This document shows positions 54,973-64,000 of a DNA stretch of 64,000 bases, in pieces (positions within the stretch are counted from its first letter, which is position 1; every line of letters begins with the position of its first letter). The position numbers were made by a program, and so were the translations under genes. This stretch comes from Octopus vulgaris (Eukaryota): the NCBI GenBank assembly GCA_951406725.2, contig OX597819.1, forward strand, positions 95,914,001 to 95,978,000. The letters run 5' to 3'. The notes under the pieces were generated by a model. It ran no database searches and was not told the origin of the DNA. It was given only the letters and a program-made list of their open reading frames with translations.

Positions 54973-57900
54973 TCATCCAACTTCAGAGAATTTCTGGCGT
55001 TTTTTATCAACAGAAGAGTTTTGGGATTCAGTTGTTTTACAATCTTTTCGTTTGAACTGAGTTCCAAATTTTTGAAATTTCTTATGCCGATACGTAAACA
55101 TTTCACTGTCAGTATCTTCAGTTTGTTTGTCACATCCTACATCACTACTATCTGATTGTCTTTTATCTGATGAAATTTTAGAGGAATTACTGTTGTTCAC
55201 AATGTTATCGTCCTTCTCTTCTGATTTATTCATTTGATCACAGACATTTTCTGAAGAGTCAACAGTAATAGTGCAGTCTTTATCTGTAGACAGTTTGTCT
55301 GCCTCCTCCTCTTTTTTCACAGACACGCCATGATTACTCTCATCCAGCTCAGACATAACAATTTTTAACCGGTGTTCATCGCTGGAATCGTCAGATGGAT
55401 ACCAATTATCTTCACTAACACTAGCAGTTTGTTCTGTTTCTTTAGAGTCATGGCATTTCCCTTCAGTTTTAATGCTAACCCTTCGCCACTCTGAGTTACT
55501 CTGTTTACTTAATTGTTCTGTATACAATTCCTCACTTTCATGTTTAATGTTTACAACGGAAGGGAGCAGAGTTAACTTCTCATCAGCAGTATCGTTTTGA
55601 GAGCTAACAGATGGTGATCTGCTAGACAATTCTGATTTTGATGCATCAAAACTATAAGAGTTTGGTCTGAGAATACGGTCAACAGAAATACTGGAGCCTG
55701 AGTCTGATGGACAGCGTTCTTTTGATATACTTTCAGGAGTGGGTACAGAAGAACACTGCCTCCCCTCTGTATCAGCAGGTAGATTATGTTTCCACATTGG
55801 CGCCGATATTTCAAATGCATATTCTGAAATTGCTCCACCATGTTTGTTTCGTTCGTGAGACCGGCAATGTTTTTTATAGGATCCAAAATCATTTAGTTGA
55901 AACTGCTTACCACATTCAGGACATTCAAGAAACTTGGTTTCTTCTTCACCTGAAATTTGACTATCAAGAAGATTTCTATTTTGAGACAATCCATCTTCTT
56001 CACTCTCTTTAAATGAAGAATTGTTGGCGGTAGATAGTTCCATGGCAAACTTCTTGTCTTCAGTGCTCATCTTTTTAATATCAGTAAGACTGTCATCAAT
56101 ATTTCTTGTCTGAAGTGAGTCTTCACTTTTAACAATGGTGCTGCCATCGGAAGGTTTACTTTTTAATAATGATATGGTAGCAGATATTGACTGGACTACT
56201 GTGTGGTGGGGACGAGGTTCAAAACCATGCTGGTTGCGGAAATGTTTCCTAAAACTGTACGGACTCCCATAAGTCTGACCACATAACTTACAGATAAGAT
56301 AAAGAACATCATCAGGGGCATGACTGCCAAGTAAATTTTGAACTGGTTCATGCTTGGAGATATCATGTTTCTTGGAACTGTTAGTATCTGATTTATCATT
56401 AGTAGTGCCAAAAGTTTTGGCAGATCTTTGAGGTGAGTCTTGGGTTGTGTAGGCACTGACATTGTGTGAAGCTGCGTTAGTTGATTGGGTTTGATGGACA
56501 ACAACATTTTGTTGTTGCTGAGTGTTAGTGAGGTGGGTTTGTTGTTGCTGTTGCTGTTGTTGTTGAGACTGTTGTGGTGGTTGGTGCCGCAACTGAGATT
56601 GCTGTTGCTGTTGTTGTAATTGAGAAGTCTGTTGCTGTTGCTGTGGATGGTGCTGTTGTAGTTGCTGCTGTTGTTGCTGCTGTTGTAGTTGCTGCTGTTG
56701 TTGTTGCTGTTGCTGCTGCTGGGATATATGAGATACAGCTTTTGTAGAAAGAGCTGGAAGTGTAGGCTGTCGGAAAACTGGGTATGTCTGTTGTGAGGGG
56801 TGCCTAGAACCATCTGGACTCAGGTAATTGTGCTGTTGCAAGTCTTTACGTCCGATATATTGACCTTGAGGGTGTAACACCATGTCTGCGTTACGGGATT
56901 GCTGAGACAATAGCATCATTTGTGGAGAAGCCAGTGCTTGCTTTTGATAACCAAGATGTAAGTGTTGTGTGTGCGGACTTTGTTGTTGTTGTTGCTGCTG
57001 CTGCTGCTGTTGGTGGTGTGGGTGGAGTGGATAATGCTGAGATTGACTTGGTGATGGTTGTTGTTGATGTTGCTGTTGTACTGGATGGTGTAGGGAATGC
57101 TGTGTAGCTGCAGTAGTAATTCTCTCCCCACTTGAGTTACCAATATTACTACAATACTTCTGTACACTGTACTCTAAATGTTTCAATAAAATATTAGCTG
57201 GAACGGATTTCCCTACTGTCCCAGGATGGAAACTACCTCCTGGAGAGACCATCTCTCTTCCTTTACCACTTCCCACCATATACAGCTGTTCCTCAGATTT
57301 CTTTTTGGATAAATCAAGGGGATGGTCTTGATTGGAAACAGACTGGGAATTAGAAGTTGCACTAGCAACAGCAGAAACAGCCGGAAGGTTGGCATTGGGT
57401 GCAGAACTTTCCAATGCATTAGGAGCCTTGCACTTCACCGAGAGGTCAAGTACATTCTCTGGCTCAGTTCGTGTAGCATGTGGAATACCAGGAATTGCTA
57501 AAGAGTTGGATGAGATGACAGCAACATCAGGTGCTGACAGAGGCCGCAAGCTAGTAGAAGCTAGTTTAGTAGGCTCGGAAGAATAGTTTGCAATATCAGA
57601 AACAGTATGTCTTCGCTGTGGAACTGATGTGCCTGCAGGATTTGCTGAACGTAGAGCTGAGGTATTTGCTGCAGCAGTATTATTTAAAGTATCAACATAA
57701 AGAGATGGTAGCTTAGTGTTGGTGGAAATGGGGTTAGGATTGTCTTTCTGGGGAATTAATGGGGTTGAAGATGAAGACAGGAAAGGAGATGTGACCATAC
57801 CCCCAAGTTGTGATGAATTAGAATGAGTGCGAGGCGAATGAGTTTTTGAAATGGAAACTCCATTCATATAATCTCCCTCTTGTGGACTCGGAAGACCATG

Positions 57901-60135
57901 GACACCAGTCCTCATTTTGACATTCTGTCCAGCTGAAGGGGAGATCTGATGATAACGTGCATTCAGACCAACAGGGTCATCCCATTTTATCACACCTGTA
58001 GGTGTGTGCATGTATGGAGTTTGTTGTGCTGATAATGGCAGGATCCGTTCCATTGATTTTGACTGGGTATTAACACTAGAAGAATGACTGCCACTAACAC
58101 CACTGTTATTATTATTTGTTGAGGGTGTAATAACTGGAGATGTTTGATAATATGCCAAACGTTCAGCTGCATGATCTTTTGCACCATACACAGGTAGTGA
58201 ATGAGATTGTGCTCCTCTAAGCATTAGATCAGAACTGGAATGTCCACTGTGCATGCGAGCAATTCTTTGTTGATTATCAGTTAAATTAGTAGAGTCTTCT
58301 TTAGATTGTCGGTAGGGTGATAGAATAGCAGGCTGCTCTTTACCAACTGTAGCATGATTCAACCGTTCAACAAAACTAGCACTACGTTCTTCAGAGATGA
58401 TCCGTTGCTTGTGATTCTGCAGACTAGCTACTGGGTTCTCTTGACTTCGGTTCATCCCCTGAGATGGACTACTAGCTGGGGAGTGCATACCTCGGTTTTT
58501 ATTTGCATAGTCAACATGGGAATCAACTACTTTCATAGCTAAATGGGGAGCCATCTTAGCAGGATGGTGGTAAGATAGTTCAGTTGGTTCACCAGAGTTG
58601 CTGAAAAACTTATTGATAGCCCTTGCTTGACATGATATTTTATTTATCAGCTCCTTGGCATCAAAAGCACTCTCAAATCCATCACTGGTATTGTGTTGGT
58701 TTTGTTTAACTGAACCAGAATGAATTTGGTTAGCCATATTGGGGTAAGAATGACTAAGAGGTGCAATAGCGGACATTTCATTTGTGGAATAGTAATGTTG
58801 TTGTTGCTGTTGTTGCCGCACACTTTCCATAACATTTTTCTGGTTAAGTTGATACGGATTAATATATTTTCCATCATTTATGTCTTTCCTCAGAGTAGGA
58901 TCAAGTCCATTGCGATCAGTAAAGTATCCTAAAGCAGACTGTGTGTTTTGGTGGTAAAGTTGCTGTGAATGGTGGTTTCTGTCTGCTGGATAACAAATTT
59001 CTTCTGGATGGCCATTTGAAGTGTGAAGCTGGGATTGATCTCCCAGCTGCTCGTTGTTGTTGTAAGAAAACTGACCTTTACCGATAACATTTAACTTTTC
59101 ACTGACACCTACTTTTTGTTGTTGCCATGTATTTTCAAGACATTTATCAATGAATGCCTGTAACTGGACAACACTTTGTCCACTGGTATTTATTGCGTGA
59201 GATCCACAAGTTTTTACAGATGTCTCTGTTGAAGAATATATTTTTTCTTTATGTATCATGTCAGATCTTGGAGAGATTGATATCGGTTTTGAGGGTTGGC
59301 TGCCATTCCGGGCAATCTCACCAGAACCCCTCCAAGACTTGGAAGTTGGAGCAACAGTTTCGATGCATTCAAAATCCTGTCCATGTCTGTTTCCAGCAGA
59401 CACAGACTGGCCATGGTCAGTATAATAGCTGCCTGAAGATTTCCAGGAATTGTCAACATTTGATTCATAATTTTTATAAGAGGAAGCATTCATTGAAATC
59501 TTTTTTTCTGGCAAGATGCCAGCAGAAGACACTTCTTTATTTTGTCTGTTCTCCAGTTGGTTATCTTGGACATCGTCATGTGGAAAGCTTGTTTCTGTAA
59601 TACAGTTACGTATTAGAGCCCCAATTGCATCATGTAGATTAGCATTTTTATTGAACACAAGTCTTTTGGTATCATCTGAAAACTTTGGTTTGTTCTGGTT
59701 ATTAGCTGAATCAGATTTTCCAAGTTTCATATCTGTTGCTTCCTTCTCACAACTGTTTGGTGATGAAGTCTTTGAAGCCACTGATTGCTGCTGTTGCTGC
59801 TCCTCTGTTGATTTAGCATCTGGGCCATGATTAGAATCAGTTTCTTTGACCCAATTTTCACCTTTCTGTTTTGACTGCTTTTGTTCATCGGTATCCGTTG
59901 ATGGTTCCACATTGGCAGATTTACCATTTTTCATCGATAAGACCAGTTCTAAACAAGTCTTCATGCCTTTGCCATCGCATTGTAGCTGGGCTTTCAGCTC
60001 AGTGTGCGAATTATCCGATTCGATACTGGTTTGATTTGCCGTGGTGTTAGCTGTAGTGTGATTTCCCAAGATATTTGGTTGGTCTGCGGAGGGACTTTGG
60101 CCCATCATCAAGATGCCATTCTTATCCAATAAAAC
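54973..60135 (-). CDS. Giant terminal coding exon of an unidentified Q-rich C2H2 zinc-finger protein (putative transcriptional repressor); upstream exons not found
   Basis: Uninterrupted 1718-aa ORF (54973-60129) preceded in frame by a tttttcag acceptor ending at 60136 (exon starts VLLDKNG). C2H2 fingers CKLCGQTYGSPYSFRKHFRNQH (56227-56292) and CPECGKQFQLNDFGSYKKHCRSH (55855-55923); PLDLS and VLDLS motifs; polyQ tracts; basic C-terminus (KKRQKF). Confidence 0.9.
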   Translation of the reverse strand, partial: VLLDKNGILMMGQSPSADQPNILGNHTTANTTANQTSIESDNSHTELKAQLQCDGKGMKTCLELVLSMKNGKSANVEPSTDTDEQKQSKQKGENWVKETDSNHGPDAKSTEEQQQQQSVASKTSSPNSCEKEATDMKLGKSDSANNQNKPKFSDDTKRLVFNKNANLHDAIGALIRNCITETSFPHDDVQDNQLENRQNKEVSSAGILPEKKISMNASSYKNYESNVDNSWKSSGSYYTDHGQSVSAGNRHGQDFECIETVAPTSKSWRGSGEIARNGSQPSKPISISPRSDMIHKEKIYSSTETSVKTCGSHAINTSGQSVVQLQAFIDKCLENTWQQQKVGVSEKLNVIGKGQFSYNNNEQLGDQSQLHTSNGHPEEICYPADRNHHSQQLYHQNTQSALGYFTDRNGLDPTLRKDINDGKYINPYQLNQKNVMESVRQQQQQQHYYSTNEMSAIAPLSHSYPNMANQIHSGSVKQNQHNTSDGFESAFDAKELINKISCQARAINKFFSNSGEPTELSYHHPAKMAPHLAMKVVDSHVDYANKNRGMHSPASSPSQGMNRSQENPVASLQNHKQRIISEERSASFVERLNHATVGKEQPAILSPYRQSKEDSTNLTDNQQRIARMHSGHSSSDLMLRGAQSHSLPVYGAKDHAAERLAYYQTSPVITPSTNNNNSGVSGSHSSSVNTQSKSMERILPLSAQQTPYMHTPTGVIKWDDPVGLNARYHQISPSAGQNVKMRTGVHGLPSPQEGDYMNGVSISKTHSPRTHSNSSQLGGMVTSPFLSSSSTPLIPQKDNPNPISTNTKLPSLYVDTLNNTAAANTSALRSANPAGTSVPQRRHTVSDIANYSSEPTKLASTSLRPLSAPDVAVISSNSLAIPGIPHATRTEPENVLDLSVKCKAPNALESSAPNANLPAVSAVASATSNSQSVSNQDHPLDLSKKKSEEQLYMVGSGKGREMVSPGGSFHPGTVGKSVPANILLKHLEYSVQKYCSNIGNSSGERITTAATQHSLHHPVQQQHQQQPSPSQSQHYPLHPHHQQQQQQQQQQQSPHTQHLHLGYQKQALASPQMMLLSQQSRNADMVLHPQGQYIGRKDLQQHNYLSPDGSRHPSQQTYPVFRQPTLPALSTKAVSHISQQQQQQQQQQQLQQQQQQQQLQQHHPQQQQQTSQLQQQQQQSQLRHQPPQQSQQQQQQQQQTHLTNTQQQQNVVVHQTQSTNAASHNVSAYTTQDSPQRSAKTFGTTNDKSDTNSSKKHDISKHEPVQNLLGSHAPDDVLYLICKLCGQTYGSPYSFRKHFRNQHGFEPRPHHTVVQSISATISLLKSKPSDGSTIVKSEDSLQTRNIDDSLTDIKKMSTEDKKFAMELSTANNSSFKESEEDGLSQNRNLLDSQISGEEETKFLECPECGKQFQLNDFGSYKKHCRSHERNKHGGAISEYAFEISAPMWKHNLPADTEGRQCSSVPTPESISKERCPSDSGSSISVDRILRPNSYSFDASKSELSSRSPSVSSQNDTADEKLTLLPSVVNIKHESEELYTEQLSKQSNSEWRRVSIKTEGKCHDSKETEQTASVSEDNWYPSDDSSDEHRLKIVMSELDESNHGVSVKKEEEADKLSTDKDCTITVDSSENVCDQMNKSEEKDDNIVNNSNSSKISSDKRQSDSSDVGCDKQTEDTDSEMFTYRHKKFQKFGTQFKRKDCKTTESQNSSVDKKRQKFSEVG

Positions 60136-62409
60136 CTGAAAAATACATAAGCAATTATTTAGATTTTATAATCATTAAAAGACAATTCAGAATAGAGATT
60201 GTCAATTTGAAAAATAAAAAAGAAAGAAATATAATATATATTAAATAATCATGAATTTTAATCTGGTTTTAGCCACTTGATTTTTCTTTTGTCTACTTGT
60301 GTCAGACATAATTTAATTATGTATTTTAAAATCTTAAACTACATACATCATTAAAAACAGTCATGTTCTATCATAGTCCTTGTAAAAGCATGATAGATAT
60401 CAATATCAGTCAACCAAATCAACACACTATTAGAATGGTACTTTATTTTATTGACAGTGGAAGGATAAAAGGTAAATTTAACTTCTGTGGTATTTGAACT
60501 CAAATAAAAAAGACAAAAACAAATATCAGAAACTATTTTGTCCAATGCTTTAACAATTCTGCCAATCTGTTGCTAGACATACATTTCTAAAATTTCCAAC
60601 AATCAGGATGAAAGGAATCCAACAAACAACATTAAAAAAATGAAGCCTAGAATTAGGGACATTTTAGAAAGATAAATAAAGAATAAACTCTGATGATGAT
60701 AGCAATGATGATGATGGTGTTGCTGCTGCTGCTGCATTTTTTATACATCATCAACAAATGAAATAAAACTTGATAAATAAATAAAAGAGGAACTGGGATA
60801 ATATTAGTTAGCTTGACTCCTTTATATTGGTATGAGGTCAAACTTGTATTAAGACTCTGGAGCTCGATGCAGTTCTCCATCTTGTTGGATCCTGTTGAAC
60901 CATCCAACCGATGCCAGCATGAAAGATTTGTTGAAATGTCACATCTTAACAACAGCAGTGAGTTCTATTTTTTAAATTTATTTATTAGCCAAGGAAAAGG
61001 GGCCAGAGACTGACATAGTCAATGTTATTTTTGAACAAGGTGATGACTGCAGGAGAAAACATGTGCAGGAAGAGAATTCTAGAGGGTCAAGGTCCTAGGT
61101 AGGAAGGACTGGAGACTTGAGGAGGTATGATACAAAATTGTCCAATGCTTTTTGTAATATCATTTTAAGACTTGCTTCTGTTTCAGCATCACCAAGCTTG
61201 GAATCAGTAATCTATATAGTTGAGATATTCCTTGATTTCAAAAGAAAGAGTAGAAAAAATTGTTACGGATTTCCTAAAAAACTATTTTTCACTAAGAATT
61301 ATGTGACACTCAGTAACACGAATAAAAAAAACATTTCTCTCTTCTTTTTAAGACAAAGGTTGTGATTTGAGGAAGGTTAAGTCACTATTACAGTTTGAGC
61401 ATCAGTGTAGATTTCCTTCATTACTTTGCTGAGAGGTTGTTTCCAATACTGCTATAACTTTAAATCCAGTAAATACCTGCTATAACAATAGACTTACACT
61501 TGTCATCTATATTTGAATTATTTATTTCAACTCCTCGAATTTCTTTTCTCCTCCTGACATGTATAACCAATTAACATTATACTTGGATAACAAATTCATT
61601 TTTATTTCTATTAAAAATTCTATATCATATTGCTACATTTTAGGTTAAAAACAACAACAAGAAAACAAAAACAAACAAAAATGAAACAAGACAAAACAAA
61701 TTTTACTTAAAAATTTAAACTTAAAATAAGAAAATAAAAAGTATTTCTTTCTAAGCTGCAATATTATTATAGAAATATTATCATCACCATTATCATTATT
61801 GTTATTACCAGTCTGTTGATCTTTGCCTGCTATTTCTATGAGAACATGCAGTAATACAGTGACATCAAAGCCATGACATTGCAACAAATAACAGCAACGT
61901 AATAGAAAACATAAATTAAAGCAATCCTTTTGTTGGGAATAATAAAAGATTGTGAAAATAACAAAAGACAAAAAAGAAAGAAGCAGCCAGGTATAATTAC
62001 AAAGATATTACAGCAGGGAAAATAAACAAGTATTGCAGTAAAGATGCAGACAAAGTTGCTGCACAGGTGTGTGTATAAAGTATATATTACTATTGAAAGA
62101 GATGCAATAATACCAAGAAGACATGTATGTCTTCAATGTATACAATGCTGTCCAGGAGACACAGGTTACAATATATTCTTCAGAAACAATGATATAATGT
62201 CAAACTGTTGACAGTTACAACAATACCATATAATGGAAAACTTAAGCCTCAGAGAATTGCCTTTCTCTTGACAGTTGTTTTGCAGTAATTTCTCAATCGA
62301 TAATACCATTCCAGCACTGGTCACCATGGCGACATTTACAGTTCCTATCTGGGGAGATTCTCGTTGCAAAGAATCATTATTGAAAAGAAATGGTTGGGAA
62401 GGAAGGTTT

Positions 62410-63100
62410 AATGAAGCATCAACAAAACTGCCTTTCCATCCTGGTCCATCTCCTCATTCCAGAACTTGACTCCTGTGTCCAGTACCTCCATGCAGGCAAT
62501 GGTAATGATCCTGAGGCTGTGTGTGAAGAAATGAGGTGCATGATACAACCCCCATTGCTCATAGCCCAAGATCATCAGCATGGTAGGAAATTGGTGTGCA
62601 TTGTCATGGGCATTGCAGAACCACTTGTCATACATTCTGTTTACCTTCTGGCCTTGGTTGAAATTGTCATAAAAAAAAGAATCAGAGTAAAGTGGATTTC
62701 TTGAGGTGCTTGAGCTTGTTCAGCAAGAGTTTCAACAAAATCATATGGTACTCTTTGGTTTTCACCCTCATCACATTGCACTTGGACCTGATGATGATGA
62801 CCTTCTGCACCACATACCTGATAGTGGATTCCACCACTCCACTCCAGCAATGCTTGGCAATGGGTCTCAATGGCTTTCATGACCTGCTGGATAAACTTAG
62901 CCATCATGATAATGTCTAACCACTAAAAATATTTCTTTCTCTTCGCCAGAAATGACACCTCTTTTCCAGGTCTCTCACTCTTTCTCAAACCTAAACACAA
63001 AAGATCTATCTTTGTTCAAGAAACTGATGATCTCTAAATCATTGTGATTGACAGCTAGAGCCATGACCTTTATATTTCCTGGTCCAGACTTATCTGCTTT
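62410..63100 (-). mobile_element. Degenerate Tc1/mariner (maT/DD37D-like) transposase in the intron of the zinc-finger gene
   Basis: Broken frames: NDLEIISFLNKDRSFVF (HTH), VVESTIRYVV, LLNKLKH, KFP-like QFPTMLMILG, PHFFTHSLRI...MEVLDTGVK. Confidence 0.65.
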
Positions 63101-64000
63101 GTAAGTGCTGTCAATACTGTTACAGAGAAATGAAAAAGAATTTGGAACATGTCATGTAACATTACATTAGGTCATCTTTCATCTCTGTCCCTATAAATTT
63201 ATGTTCATAAATACTCTGATTTCTCAGTATAGAAGTTAATAGCTAATGAATGAAAAGAGAGGTTTAATTTCACCATTGTTAATAGTATTTCAAACTGATC
63301 AGTTCCGCTAAATATTAGCTGGCCTATTTTTTCACAGTACTGGCTTATTAAAGCAATATAGGAAGTCTGTAACTACACCGGGACATTTTAAACTGTATGT
63401 TTATACTTCAATGAAATTTCTTAGTTTTGGTGAGGAATATATCTTTTTAGATTCAATTCTTATTTGTGATAAAAGCTTGCTAAAGGAATATATGGAAGGT
63501 GTGCAGCAATTGTTGATATAACTGATTGGCAATTTATCAAGGACAGAGAGGTAGATAGGGAGGATGATACAGCAGGGGAGAGAAAGTGAAAGAGAAAAGG
63601 GACCAGAGAGATCAAATAGGCAGAGACAGAAAATGTGTGTGAAGTAACAAATAAGTCATACAAGGTGTTAATAAAAATTACAAATATTTTTTTTAGTTTT
63701 ATTATCAATTATGAATATTAATGCCAAATAAATGATTTCATTGGAAAGAGTTAAACAAACCCACCTGCTGTTGTGTGCTGTTTCTTAGGTTCGGTGATGT
63801 CTATGGCCTAAACACTTGCCCTTTTGGCCTTCTTAGCTCTATTTTGAAATGTTCTTTAGAGCCTGAAAGACAAAGAAAGAATGAATGAAGGTGTGTGTGC
63901 AAGCATGCATGAGTGTGTGTGTGTGAGAGTGTGGGAATACATGTATGACCATTCACTTTTTCTGAGCTGTGTACACATGTGAGCATATGCATATGTATTG

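Noticed and set aside
55572-60034. Numerous short overlapping ORFs within the giant exon
   Set aside because: Shadow frames of the 1718-aa ORF
62166-62907. Minus-strand ORFs as upstream exons of the zinc-finger gene
   Set aside because: 62408-62907 are frameshifted maT/mariner transposase remnants; 62166-62369 lacks a convincing phase-0 GT donor

Overview
AT-rich, intron- and repeat-rich animal genomic DNA. The SINE, LINE and MITE repertoire strongly suggests an octopus (coleoid cephalopod); this is recognition by eye, not a database result. Two protein-coding genes converge. (1) On the + strand is the SWI/SNF (BAF) core subunit SMARCC1/2 (BAF155/170, Moira/SWI3). I assembled 23 GT-AG coding exons from 9814 to the stop at 39402; they are phase-consistent and total 4113 nt. 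The first coding exon was not found and is probably upstream of the window. The protein has the N-terminal/chromo-like region, SWIRM, SANT, coiled coil and an almost uncharged 384-codon P/Q/G/S/H/Y exon. (2) On the - strand is a 5.16-kb terminal coding exon (60135..54973) of an unidentified Q-rich protein with two C2H2 fingers, two PxDLS-type CtBP motifs and two CoRNR-like motifs; its upstream exons were not found. The rest is transposable-element debris: RTE-like LINEs (one young, with a PHD-like finger inside its RT and a 63-bp tandem array in its 3' UTR), Penelope, CR1 and R4-like relics, mariner/maT/pogo relics, hAT and TTAA (piggyBac-like) non-autonomous elements, several tRNA-derived SINE families, and micro/minisatellites. 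There is no CRISPR array, rRNA or true tRNA, and no prokaryotic system. Nothing here is demonstrably a new biological system. The best leads are the candidate corepressor gene, the prion-like SMARCC exon, an intronic long hairpin and the RTE LINE/SINE pair.
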